Shown here: piece by piece, positions 10,201 through 19,141 of the stretch
Layout of the letters: each line of letters opens with the position of its first letter
Position numbering within the stretch: the stretch's first letter is position 1
From: an uncultured Acidobacteriota bacterium
Lineage (GTDB): Bacteria; Acidobacteriota; Vicinamibacteria; Vicinamibacterales; JAKQTR01
Length of the DNA: 64,000 nt
Assembly (NCBI GenBank): GCA_963695795.1
Contig: CAVOHU010000006.1
Location: forward strand, 276,083 to 340,082
Direction: 5' to 3'
Made by a program: the position numbers and the translations under genes
Notes under the pieces: model-generated
Database searches by the model: none
What the model was told of the DNA's origin: nothing
Seen by the model: the letters and a program-made list of their open reading frames with translations, nothing else

Positions 10201-11364
10201 ATGTCCAAGAACACGTTTCGCCTCCAATACCTCGCCAAGGCAGCGGCCGGCGTTCCGCGTGACCTCGTCAACACGTTCGTCGCGGGAAGGATCAAGCCGA
10301 TCCGGCCGACCGTTCTGATCTTCAACTGCACGTTTGTCTGCGACGCGCGCTGCGAGATGTGCAGCAACTGGAAGCGCGGCGACCGCAAATCGGACATGAC
10401 GCTCGACGAGATCGATCGCGTCATGGCCCACCCCTTCTGGGGCGCGGTCGAGAACCTGAACATCTCGGGAGGCGAACCGACCACCCGGAACGACCTGCCC
10501 GAGATGGTGGAGATCTTCGCGCGGCGGCTGCCGCGGATGCGCAAGCTCGGCATCAACACCACGGGGTTGACGCCGCAACGGGCCATTCCGCAGATGACGC
10601 GGATCGTCAAGTACCTTTCGGAGCGGCGCATCCCGGTGAGCGTGCGGGTCTCGCTCGACGGCATCGGCGACATCCATGACCAGGTGCGGAACGTCAAGCG
10701 CGGGTTCGACAAGGCCTGCCAGACCATCGACGCGATGGCGGCGCTCGCGGCCGAGTACCCGAACTTCCAATTCGGCCTCGCGGCGACCATCTTCGCGACC
10801 AACATGAAGGACGCCGAGCACATCCTCGAGTGGTCGAAGGCGCGCAACCTGGACGTCGTGTTCAACATGCTCCGATTCACCGATGCGATGCTCGGGAACA
10901 AGAACCTCGAGGAGCGCATCGGGCTCAAGCGCCAGGAAGAGGAATTCATGCGCCAGTTCTTCCTCGCGAGGGTCGAGGAAGAATCCGTGCTGAGCGGCCA
11001 GGCCTTCATGTACCTGCACTATGCCGACATGATCGCGAACGGCTACTTGCGCACGATGCCCTGTCCGTTCCGCTCGCAAGGGCTGCTGCTCAACCCGGAC
11101 GGCACGCTGTTCTACTGCGAGAACTCCAAGCCGCTCGGCAACGTGCTCGAGAAGGAAGCGGAGGCGCTCTACTTCGACGCCGGCCACATCGCCGATCGCG
11201 CCACCTTCGAGCAGACCATCTGCAAGAACTGCCTCAGCCCCTGTCAGGTGAATGTCGGCGCGATGAAGCAGTTCGTGCCGTATGCGAAATTCCTCATGCG
11301 GGCGTACCGGATCAAGCGCGATCCGAGCCGGCACCTGGCCACGCTCCCTCCACCTGCCCCGTGA
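10201..11364 (+). CDS. Radical SAM enzyme with Cys-rich C-terminal (SPASM-like) region, unknown substrate
   Basis: 387-aa ORF with a canonical CxxxCxxC motif (CDARCEMC) and a GGEPT SAM-binding motif. C-terminal cysteines: CPFRS...YCENS...ICKNCLSPC. Confidence 0.85.
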   Translation: MSKNTFRLQYLAKAAAGVPRDLVNTFVAGRIKPIRPTVLIFNCTFVCDARCEMCSNWKRGDRKSDMTLDEIDRVMAHPFWGAVENLNISGGEPTTRNDLPEMVEIFARRLPRMRKLGINTTGLTPQRAIPQMTRIVKYLSERRIPVSVRVSLDGIGDIHDQVRNVKRGFDKACQTIDAMAALAAEYPNFQFGLAATIFATNMKDAEHILEWSKARNLDVVFNMLRFTDAMLGNKNLEERIGLKRQEEEFMRQFFLARVEEESVLSGQAFMYLHYADMIANGYLRTMPCPFRSQGLLLNPDGTLFYCENSKPLGNVLEKEAEALYFDAGHIADRATFEQTICKNCLSPCQVNVGAMKQFVPYAKFLMRAYRIKRDPSRHLATLPPPAP

Positions 11365-12335
11365 GCCGCCCGACGCTCGGCGGCGTCCTTCGCGTGCTCG
11401 TGGCCGCCGGACTGACGGCGGCAGTGCTTTGGAAGAGCCACCCCTCGGACGTCCTCGCGGCTGCCTCCGCCGCGGACTGGCGGCCGATGGGCGTGGCCGC
11501 GCTGCTCGTCATCGTCGATCGGTCGTTGATGGCGTACCGGTGGCTCGTGCTGCTCCGGCCGTTCCTGGGCCCGGAGGGGCCCGGCCTGGGCGTGATCATG
11601 CGGGTCTTCTTCGTCTCGAGCTTCGTCGGCACGTTCCTGCCGGCCAGCGTCGGAGGCGATGCGGTGCGGGCCATAGCGCTCTCGCGTCACCACGTGCCGG
11701 GCGCCGGCGCGCTCGCCTCTGTCGCGATGGACCGCATCCTCGGCGTGCTCTCGCTGCTCGTGATGGCGCTCTCGGGACTCTACCTCGCGCGGCATCTCGC
11801 CCTCGACCCGATCGTCCTCGCCGCGCTCGGGGTGACGGCCGTGGCCTGCGCACTCTCTGCGGTCCTGGTCTTCAGCTCCCGGGCCGAGGCGGTCGGGCGA
11901 TCGATCTGCGAACGGCTTCCATGGGCTCGCGCGCGCCAGCTCGGCGTCAAGGTGATCGAGGCGGTGCAGCTCTACGCGTCCCGCCGCGGAGACCTGCTCA
12001 ACGTCCTGGTCGGCTCGATCGGCGTCCAGGTGTTGCGAGTGCTGCAGGCGTATTATCTCGGTCAGGCGCTCGGGATTTCGGCTCCGCTCTCCGCATACTT
12101 CGCGTTCATTCCCCTGATTCTCCTGGTGATGCTCCTGCCCGTCACGGTGAACGGACTCGGCACGAGCCAGGCGGCCTTCGTGTGGTTCTTCGCCCAGGCG
12201 GGCGTCGGCAGGCCCGAGGCCTTCGCGCTGTCGATTCTGTTTGTCGGGCTCGGGGTGATCGGAAATCTACCGGGGGGACTGCTCTACGCGACTGGCGGCC
12301 TGCTGTCGGACACGAAGGACGCCTCCTCAGCCTGA
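11361..12335 (+). CDS. Flippase-like membrane protein (UPF0104 family), paralog 2
   Basis: GTG 11361 overlaps the rSAM stop (GTGA). Sequence VSRPTLGGVLRVLVAAG...YRWLVLL...FLPASVGGDAVRA repeats the motif layout of paralog 1. It is the second half of track ORF 10830-12335. Confidence 0.7.
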   Translation: MSRPTLGGVLRVLVAAGLTAAVLWKSHPSDVLAAASAADWRPMGVAALLVIVDRSLMAYRWLVLLRPFLGPEGPGLGVIMRVFFVSSFVGTFLPASVGGDAVRAIALSRHHVPGAGALASVAMDRILGVLSLLVMALSGLYLARHLALDPIVLAALGVTAVACALSAVLVFSSRAEAVGRSICERLPWARARQLGVKVIEAVQLYASRRGDLLNVLVGSIGVQVLRVLQAYYLGQALGISAPLSAYFAFIPLILLVMLLPVTVNGLGTSQAAFVWFFAQAGVGRPEAFALSILFVGLGVIGNLPGGLLYATGGLLSDTKDASSA

Positions 12336-13319
12336 CGATCCGACACCAGTCAGCGCCTGTCCGGCGGGCGCTTCGATCACGTCGCGAATGACGTAGGTCG
12401 TTTTCGCCTGGGACTCGTGGTAGGTCCGGGCCTGCATCTCGGCCAGCAGGCCGAGCGTGATGAGCTGCACGCCCGTGAAGATGAACAGGACACCCATCAG
12501 CAGGAGCGGCCGATTGGCAATCGACTCGTTGCCGAACAGCCGCAGGTACGCCAGGTAGCCGGTGATGAGCGTGCCGAGCCCACCCGTGATGATCCCGACC
12601 AGGCCGAACATCTGCAGCGGCCGCGTCGAGTAGCTCAACAGGAACTTGACCGTCAGCAGGTCCAGCACGACGCGAATCGTTCTCGAGATGCCGTAGTTGG
12701 ACTTGCCGTGGCGCCGCCGGCGGTGGTTGACGACGCGCTCGACGATTTTGACACCCTGCTCGCTCGCGATCGCCGGCAGGAACCGGTGCATCTCACCGTA
12801 GAGCTTCAACGGCTTGACGACCTCGGCGCGGAAGACCTTCAGCGAGCACCCGTAGTCGTGCAGCTTCACGCCCGTCGTGAACGAGATGATCGCGTTGGCG
12901 ATCATCGACGGCAGCCGCCGGTTGAGAAATGGATCCTGTCGCTTCTTCCGCCAGCCCGCCGCGATGTCGGCCCCCTTCTCGATGAGGTCGACGAGCGATG
13001 GCAGGTCCGCCGGGTCGTTCTGCAGATCGCCATCCGCGGTGGCGATGTAGCGGCCGCGCGCGTAGGCAAATCCCGCGGCGAACGCCGCTGTCTGCCCGAA
13101 GTTCCTTCGAAACCGGATGATGCGCCAGCGAGGGTCCTTCCGCTGACACTCCGCGAGCAGCTCGAAGCTACTGTCGGTGCTCCCGTCGTCCACCGCGATG
13201 ACTTCGTACGGGCGTCCCCAGGCCACGAGCGCCGCGGTCAGCTCCCGGTACAGATCCGGGAGGTTGGCCGACTCGTTTCGAATGGGGATGACAACAGACA
13301 GGTCGATTGAGTTCGCCAT
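12327..13319 (-). CDS. GT2-family polyprenol-phosphate glycosyltransferase (ArnC/DPM1/GtrB-like)
   Basis: 330-aa ORF: LSVVIPIRNESANL, VIAVDDGSTDSS and DGDLQNDP (DxD) motifs, plus two C-terminal TM helices as in ArnC/GtrB-type enzymes. Confidence 0.85.
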   Translation of the reverse strand: MANSIDLSVVIPIRNESANLPDLYRELTAALVAWGRPYEVIAVDDGSTDSSFELLAECQRKDPRWRIIRFRRNFGQTAAFAAGFAYARGRYIATADGDLQNDPADLPSLVDLIEKGADIAAGWRKKRQDPFLNRRLPSMIANAIISFTTGVKLHDYGCSLKVFRAEVVKPLKLYGEMHRFLPAIASEQGVKIVERVVNHRRRRHGKSNYGISRTIRVVLDLLTVKFLLSYSTRPLQMFGLVGIITGGLGTLITGYLAYLRLFGNESIANRPLLLMGVLFIFTGVQLITLGLLAEMQARTYHESQAKTTYVIRDVIEAPAGQALTGVGSSG

Positions 13320-13439
13320 GTGTCGCGGCCACGGATCGGTCGTGCGTGCTCGGGATTATAGATTCGGCCGCAATTGGCGGTCAATCGACGGGAACGTCTG
13401 AATCACGCGTTGTGAGGTACAGTTGGGAGCGGCGTTCTC

Positions 13440-15011
13440 GTGACAACCGCAACCTCAGCACGCGCCCGCCGAACCTTCACCTCGCTGATGACGTCGCTCT
13501 CGCGTCCGGCAAGGCTGCCATGGGTTCTCGCGATCGGCGCCCTGGGACTCGGTGCCTGGGCCGCGATCCTCTATTCGCAGTCGGGGCTCGCGCTCAGCCA
13601 CTATGACGCGAAGGCCCACCTCGTCGTCGCCCGCCGCATCATCGACAGCATCACCCCGGGGTGGGTGCAGATCGGCGCCGTCTGGCTCCCGCTGCCGCAC
13701 CTGTTGAACGTGATTCCTGTCCAGGTAGACCTGTTCTACCGGACCGGCGCCTTCGCGATCGCCGTCTCCGTGGTGGCGTTCGCGACGGCGTGCTTCATCG
13801 TGGCGCGGCTGGTGTTGTGGGCTTCCGGATCGGGGTCCGCGGCCATCTTCGCCGTGCTCGTGCTGGCCCTCAATCCCGACCTGGTCTACCTCCAGGCCAC
13901 GCCGATGACCGAGCCGCTGCTCATCGCGCTCATGCTGCTCTCCGTGTGGTGGTGCATCCAGGCGTTCAGCGACGGGTCCTCCCGCCATCTCCGGCGGGCC
14001 GGGCTCGCGGTCGCCGGGGCGTTCCTGACGCGCTACGAGGCGTGGCCATTCACGGCCGCGCTCCTCGGACTCGGCTGGCTGGCGATGATCCGGATGGGCG
14101 TGCCGTGGCGCGAAGCGCTCCGCAGGGCGGCACGTGTCTCGGTCTATCCGCTCGTCGCATTCGGCGGGTTCCTCCTCCTCAGCCGAATGACCGTGGGCGC
14201 ATGGTTCGTCGCCTCGGGGTTCTTCGTCGCCGAGAATCCTGTGATGGGGCATCCGATCGACGCAGTGCTGACCGTGTGGCGCGCCACGCACGAGCTGACC
14301 AGCTATCCTCTGCTCATCCTCGCGACCGCCGGCGCAGCGGTCGTGATTGCTGTGGCCGCACGCGAATCCCGGCGCGCCATGGTCGCCTTGCCGCTCGCGC
14401 TCATGGCCGTGGGTGTTCTGCCCGTCTTCGCGTTCTACGACGGCCACCCGTTCCGCATCCGCTACATGATTCCGCTCATGCCTGCGATGGCGGCACTGAC
14501 CGGCATGGGCATCGGTCTCCTGGGCCGCGTTCGGGTTCCGGCGCTGGCGATTGCGACTGTCGCGCTGATTCTCGGACCCCGCCCGTTCGACGCCCGGGCG
14601 CCCATGGTCCTCGAGGCGCAGTGGGACACGCCGAACCGGCTCGGCCGGCAAGCCGTGACATCCGTGCTCATCAAGGACTACGACGGCGAGCCCATCATGG
14701 CCAGCATGGGATCGCTCGCGCACTACATGCAGGAACTGTCGCGGGAGCGATTCGCCCTGGACGAGTTCCTGCACGAAGGGAACGGGGACATCTGGCTCTC
14801 GGCGCTTGTCGCCCCCTATCCGCACGTGGGATGGATTCTGATCGAGGAGAAGGCCGAAGGCGGCGACATGCTGGCGGGAATCGTGAAAGCGCGTCCTGAG
14901 TTTCTGCGGGGGTTCAACCGGGTCGCCGAGGGCGGCGGTGTGGCGCTCTATCGACGGAGCGCCACACCGGCCATCCGAAGGCCATCAGGCGGCGAGTCTG
15001 GCGGATCTTAG
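13440..15011 (+). CDS. Polytopic membrane protein, probable GT-C-type glycosyltransferase
   Basis: 523-aa ORF with at least 10 hydrophobic segments. It has an N-terminal loop HYDAKAHLVVARRIIDS..PGW and a soluble C-terminal domain. It is divergent from the GT2 gene. Assignment rests on topology and context only. Confidence 0.5.
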   Translation: MTTATSARARRTFTSLMTSLSRPARLPWVLAIGALGLGAWAAILYSQSGLALSHYDAKAHLVVARRIIDSITPGWVQIGAVWLPLPHLLNVIPVQVDLFYRTGAFAIAVSVVAFATACFIVARLVLWASGSGSAAIFAVLVLALNPDLVYLQATPMTEPLLIALMLLSVWWCIQAFSDGSSRHLRRAGLAVAGAFLTRYEAWPFTAALLGLGWLAMIRMGVPWREALRRAARVSVYPLVAFGGFLLLSRMTVGAWFVASGFFVAENPVMGHPIDAVLTVWRATHELTSYPLLILATAGAAVVIAVAARESRRAMVALPLALMAVGVLPVFAFYDGHPFRIRYMIPLMPAMAALTGMGIGLLGRVRVPALAIATVALILGPRPFDARAPMVLEAQWDTPNRLGRQAVTSVLIKDYDGEPIMASMGSLAHYMQELSRERFALDEFLHEGNGDIWLSALVAPYPHVGWILIEEKAEGGDMLAGIVKARPEFLRGFNRVAEGGGVALYRRSATPAIRRPSGGESGGS

Positions 15012-15706
15012 AATCCGATGCGCAGCGTCAGGAGCGTCGTCCATCCGCCGAGGTCGATGCGGTCGCCATAGAACTCGTTGAGGTCCAGCTTCCCTTCCGC
15101 TTTCTGATATCGAACCTCGAGCCCCGCGCCAAAGCGGCGGGTCCAGTTGAAGCGCGCTCCAAAGACCGCGATCGGGCCGACCGCGGTCCCGGTGCCCACG
15201 TAACGACCGCGGAAGATGGACTCGTCGGTGAAGTCGACGAACTCACCGGTCTCGGAGTACCTGAACAGGAACACGCCGACTCCACCACCGAGGTACGGCT
15301 CGACCGAGCGGCGACGCCCGAACGGAAGCAGCCGCACGGTCGCGGTGAACGGGATCACGCGAAGCCGTAGATCCTGAGCGACCTCACTCCCGTCTTCGTT
15401 GACCCACTGGTCGTACACGCTCGGGACGGTCCTGGCGTAGTAGCTCGCCCCGACGCCGGCCTCGAGGAAGCGGCCGAGGTCGACCAGGAACTCCGCCCCG
15501 ACGGTACCGCCGGTGAAGTCCTTGAATTGGAAGAACAGGTATTGCCGATCCTGGAGCAGGACATCGTTTGTGACCCTGGTGTCTTCGCCCTTCGGCACGA
15601 ATGCGCCGACACTGATCACCAGCGACTGCTGAGCGTAGCTTGGTGCGCCGAGCAGCATCACGAGGCCGGCCGCTAACAGGAACGTGAGAAGTCCACGGTT
15701 TCGCAT
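15008..15706 (-). CDS. Outer-membrane beta-barrel protein (OmpW/OmpA-barrel-like)
   Basis: ATG 15706 gives MRNRGLLTFLLAAGLVMLLGAPSYAQQ (signal peptide). The body has an alternating-hydrophobic beta-strand pattern and ends in the OMP signature LTLRIGF (terminal Phe). Confidence 0.6.
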   Translation of the reverse strand: MRNRGLLTFLLAAGLVMLLGAPSYAQQSLVISVGAFVPKGEDTRVTNDVLLQDRQYLFFQFKDFTGGTVGAEFLVDLGRFLEAGVGASYYARTVPSVYDQWVNEDGSEVAQDLRLRVIPFTATVRLLPFGRRRSVEPYLGGGVGVFLFRYSETGEFVDFTDESIFRGRYVGTGTAVGPIAVFGARFNWTRRFGAGLEVRYQKAEGKLDLNEFYGDRIDLGGWTTLLTLRIGF

Positions 15707-15823
15707 GACGGTCTCCATTCGGGTCGAGGCCGATCCACTCGCTCGGACGGCCTGCGGCGGCGCCCCCGAACCGGCTGGAACGGTCCTGTTTCGGGCCCGG
15801 CCGCGTCCCCCGCGGCGGGTTGG

Positions 15824-15840
15824 AGCAGGATCGATGCCAG
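15824..15840 (-). promoter_or_regulatory. Candidate sigma54 (-24/-12) promoter upstream of the OMP gene
   Basis: The minus strand reads CTGGCATCGATCCTGCT (TGGCAT-N5-CTGC, against consensus TGGCAC-N5-TTGC), about 115 nt upstream of ATG 15706. Confidence 0.3.
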
Positions 15841-15903
15841 GTTTCGACGGGCCTTTCCAGCGAAATCGGGCCGTCTCTTGCCGATTCCTGTCCCGGCGGG
15901 GTG

Positions 15904-16740
15904 TCACATCGTCCGATTTCGTGAACGGCTGGGCTCCAGCCCACCGATCGTGCGCAGCATCTCGCCATGGATGCGGCCGTTCGACGCGACGACGTTCCCG
16001 GCCATGATGTCCACCGGCGATCCGTCGAATCCCGTGACCATCCCGCCGGCTTCGGTCACGATCAGGCTGGCCGCGGCCATGTCCCATGGCTTGAGGCGGC
16101 GCTCCCAGAACCCGTCCATGCGCCCGGCGCCGACATAGCACAGGTCGAGGGCGGCCGATCCGAGCCGCCGAACCGCCTGGGCCTTCGACGTGAACGCTCC
16201 GAAGAGATCCAGAATGTCGCCCGGATCCTGGTGAATATCGTAGGGGAATCCCGTGACGAGAATCGAGTCCAGCAATCGCGCGGCCGACGAGACCTGGAGA
16301 CGAACGCCATTGAGAAACGCGCCGGTCCCGCGCTCCGCCGTGAACAGTTCGCGACGGCTCGGATCGAGCACCGCAGCGACTTCGATCCGCCCCTCGCTCT
16401 CGAGCGCGAGCGACGCGGAGAAGATCGGCAGCCCGTGCGCGTAGTTCGTCGTGCCGTCGATCGGGTCGAAGATCCACCGCGCGGCGGGCTTCGTTCCTGC
16501 GGCCGGCAGGGCCGAGGTTTCTTCGGCGAGGATTTCGTGCGCCGGGAACCGCCGGGTGATCTCGGCGCGGAACATCGCTTCGACGGCGAGGTCGACCTCC
16601 GTCACGAGATCGATTTCCCCCTTCTTCCGGATGTCGTGCGTCCGGCCGAAGCCCGCCATCTGGATTTCACCGGCTCGCAGGACGATATCGATGGCCGTCG
16701 CGAGCAGCCGCGGATCGTGCGTCTGGGATGTCGATGGCAC
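15904..16740 (-). CDS. suhB: Inositol monophosphatase family protein
   Basis: 278-aa ORF with EEts, WIFDPIDGTTNYAHG and WDMAA motifs diagnostic of the IMPase/SuhB family. Confidence 0.85.
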   Translation of the reverse strand: MPSTSQTHDPRLLATAIDIVLRAGEIQMAGFGRTHDIRKKGEIDLVTEVDLAVEAMFRAEITRRFPAHEILAEETSALPAAGTKPAARWIFDPIDGTTNYAHGLPIFSASLALESEGRIEVAAVLDPSRRELFTAERGTGAFLNGVRLQVSSAARLLDSILVTGFPYDIHQDPGDILDLFGAFTSKAQAVRRLGSAALDLCYVGAGRMDGFWERRLKPWDMAAASLIVTEAGGMVTGFDGSPVDIMAGNVVASNGRIHGEMLRTIGGLEPSRSRNRTM

Positions 16741-16742
16741 CG

Positions 16743-17192
16743 TCAGGACCTGCGAACGAGTTTCTTCACCATGCGGACTTCGGTTCCGCCCTCGGGGGCG
16801 CGGTGGATGTCCACCTCGTCCATGAAATTGCGCATGAAGAAGATGCCGCGCCCGCTCGACTTGAGGAGGTTCTCGGGGGCGAGCGGATCGGGCAGCGCCT
16901 CGACCTCGAATCCCTCGCCCTGATCCCGGATCCGGACGACAAGTTCGGTGGGCTGGTCGGGCGGCCGCAGGCCGAACTCCACGAAGACGTGCTTCGTGAC
17001 ATCGTGCCGGTTTCCGTGCTTGATGGCGTTGATGACCGATTCGCGGATCGCCACTTCCATCCAGCCGATGGCGTCCTCTTCGAGATTCGCGAGCCTGCCG
17101 ATATGGTCCACGACGAGCTGGACGAGATCGAGCATCTCGAACCGGCTGCCGAACTGGAGCCTGATGGTGGTGCCGTTGCGCGAATGGGCCAT
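16743..17192 (-). CDS. Anti-sigma regulatory factor, RsbW/SpoIIAB-like Ser/Thr kinase (HATPase domain)
   Basis: MAHSRNGTT...ESVINAIKHG (N-box)...DQGEGF...GRGIFFMRNFMDEV (G-box), 149 aa from ATG 17192. An alternative start lies 14 codons upstream. Confidence 0.7.
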   Translation of the reverse strand: MAHSRNGTTIRLQFGSRFEMLDLVQLVVDHIGRLANLEEDAIGWMEVAIRESVINAIKHGNRHDVTKHVFVEFGLRPPDQPTELVVRIRDQGEGFEVEALPDPLAPENLLKSSGRGIFFMRNFMDEVDIHRAPEGGTEVRMVKKLVRRS

Positions 17193-17330
17193 GTCGATGG
17201 TCAAGGCGGCAAAGGAACAGCGCGTGAATACCATATCCCGGAACGGCCGGGAAACGAACCGGATCTTCCGCAGGTGGCCGGGCCGGCGTCTCGAGCCCGC
17301 CCGCTCAGTCGGAGATGGTATATTGCGCTG

Positions 17331-18638
17331 GTGGATTTCGCGCCGACAAAAAGCGTCGATCCCGCCTCCCGCGTCGCCGGAATCGTCACGGTACCCGGCG
17401 ACAAGTCGATCTCGCACCGGCTCCTCATGCTCGCCGCGCTCGCAGACGGCCGGTCGGAGTTGCACGGCCTCGCGCCTGGCGCGGATTGCCGCGCGACGCG
17501 TCAGTGCCTCGCCGGGCTCGGAGTTCAGTTGACGGCTTCGACAGGGATCGCAACCGGTGGCGACGTCCTCTTCGTCGAGGGGCGCGGGCTCGGCGGCCTG
17601 ACGCCGGCCCCGGAGCCGCTCGACGCGATGAACTCTGGCACCACGACGCGCCTGCTCGCGGGCATCCTGGCTGCGCATCCCTTCTCGACCACGCTCACAG
17701 GAGACGAGTCTCTCAGCCGCAGGCCGATGCGGCGGGTGATCGACCCGCTGCAGCGTATGGGAGCGCGCATCGAGTCGTCTCGAGGTTGCCTGCCGCTCAC
17801 CGTGCATGGCGGCCCCCTGAAGGGAATCACGTTCACTCCAGAGGTACCGAGCGCACAGATCAAGAGCGCCGTGCTCCTCGCCGGCCTCCACGCGGATGGC
17901 TGCACGACGTTGCGCGAGCCTTCGGCCACCCGTAACCACACCGAACTGGCGCTTCGCGGCTTCGGCGTCGATGTTCAGGTCGCCTCCTCGGGCGACGTCA
18001 CTCTGCACGGCGGCCAGCGCCTGCATCCTTGCCGCGCGCGCGTGCCGGGCGATCCGTCGTCTGCCGCCTTCTGGGCGGTCGCGGCGGCCGGGCTTCGAGG
18101 CTCCGACATCGAGATTCGCGACGTCGGCCTGAACCCGACCCGGCTGGCCTTCATCGAGGTTCTTCGCCGCGCGGGAGCGCTCGTCGACCTGGAGTCCGGG
18201 ACCTCTGACGGCCTCGAGCCCGCCGGGACGATCCGCGTGCGGCACGCCGCGCTCCGCGAGATCGCCGTCGATCCCGCCGAGGTGCCCGCGCTTATCGACG
18301 AGCTCCCTGCCCTGGCAGCGCTCGCGACTTTCGGCGGAGCGATGACGGTCCACGGGGCAGCCGAATTGAGAGTCAAGGAAAGCGATCGGATCTCTGCGCT
18401 CGTTGCCGGGCTGCGATCGCTCGGCGCGTCGGCGGACGAATTCCCCGACGGCTTTGCGATCGACGGCTCCAGGCCGCTTCGCGGAGGCGTGGCCGACGCG
18501 TGCGGCGACCACCGGCTCGCCATGGCGTTTGCCGTCGCGGCACTCGGCGCGCGCGGACGGTCGGCCATTCTCGGCGCCGACGCGGTGGCGGTCTCGTACC
18601 CAGGCTTCTTCCAGACGCTCGAGTCGATTCGAACGTGA
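17331..18638 (+). CDS. aroA: 3-phosphoshikimate 1-carboxyvinyltransferase (EPSP synthase)
   Basis: VPGDKSISHRLLMLAALA, LGNSGTTxRLL-like (MNSGTTTRLLAG), RVKESDR and DHRLAMAF motifs. A GTG start at 17331 was chosen inside the longer track ORF. Confidence 0.9.
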   Translation: MDFAPTKSVDPASRVAGIVTVPGDKSISHRLLMLAALADGRSELHGLAPGADCRATRQCLAGLGVQLTASTGIATGGDVLFVEGRGLGGLTPAPEPLDAMNSGTTTRLLAGILAAHPFSTTLTGDESLSRRPMRRVIDPLQRMGARIESSRGCLPLTVHGGPLKGITFTPEVPSAQIKSAVLLAGLHADGCTTLREPSATRNHTELALRGFGVDVQVASSGDVTLHGGQRLHPCRARVPGDPSSAAFWAVAAAGLRGSDIEIRDVGLNPTRLAFIEVLRRAGALVDLESGTSDGLEPAGTIRVRHAALREIAVDPAEVPALIDELPALAALATFGGAMTVHGAAELRVKESDRISALVAGLRSLGASADEFPDGFAIDGSRPLRGGVADACGDHRLAMAFAVAALGARGRSAILGADAVAVSYPGFFQTLESIRT

Positions 18639-19135
18639 GAACCGACAAGATCTACTTCGTCGGCTTCATGGCGTCTGGCAAGACGTCGGTCGCACGGGCG
18701 CTCGCCGCGCGGCTCGACTGGCGTTCCGCCGACGTGGACGAGATGATCGAACGCCGGGAAGGCCTGACGGTTGCCGAAATCTTCGCCCGGCATGGCGAGC
18801 CGCACTTTCGTGGGGTGGAGCGGCAGGTCGTCGCCGAGCTGCTCCCGGAACGCCACCTCGTCGTCGCGACCGGAGGCGGGACCTTCGCCGACTCCGACAC
18901 TCGCGCGGCGATCAAGTCGGATGGCGCGGTCATCTGGCTCGACGTGCCGCTTGCGGAACTCATCAGCCGCGTGCCACTCGACGGCAGCCGGCCGCTCGCA
19001 GCCGATCGGCGCCAGTTCGAGCAGCTGTTCGAATCGCGGCGCGCCGCCTATCAGCTCGCCCACGTCCGGCTGGCGGCTTCCAGAAAGTCGGTCGGCGAAC
19101 TGGTGGATTTGGCGCTCGAATGGCTGGGAGAATAG
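18635..19135 (+). CDS. aroK: Shikimate kinase
   Basis: GTG 18635 overlaps the aroA stop (GTGA). Has the Walker A motif GFMASGKTS plus VVATGGG and a typical AroK length (166 aa). Confidence 0.85.
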   Translation: MRTDKIYFVGFMASGKTSVARALAARLDWRSADVDEMIERREGLTVAEIFARHGEPHFRGVERQVVAELLPERHLVVATGGGTFADSDTRAAIKSDGAVIWLDVPLAELISRVPLDGSRPLAADRRQFEQLFESRRAAYQLAHVRLAASRKSVGELVDLALEWLGE

Positions 19136-19141
19136 ATCCGG

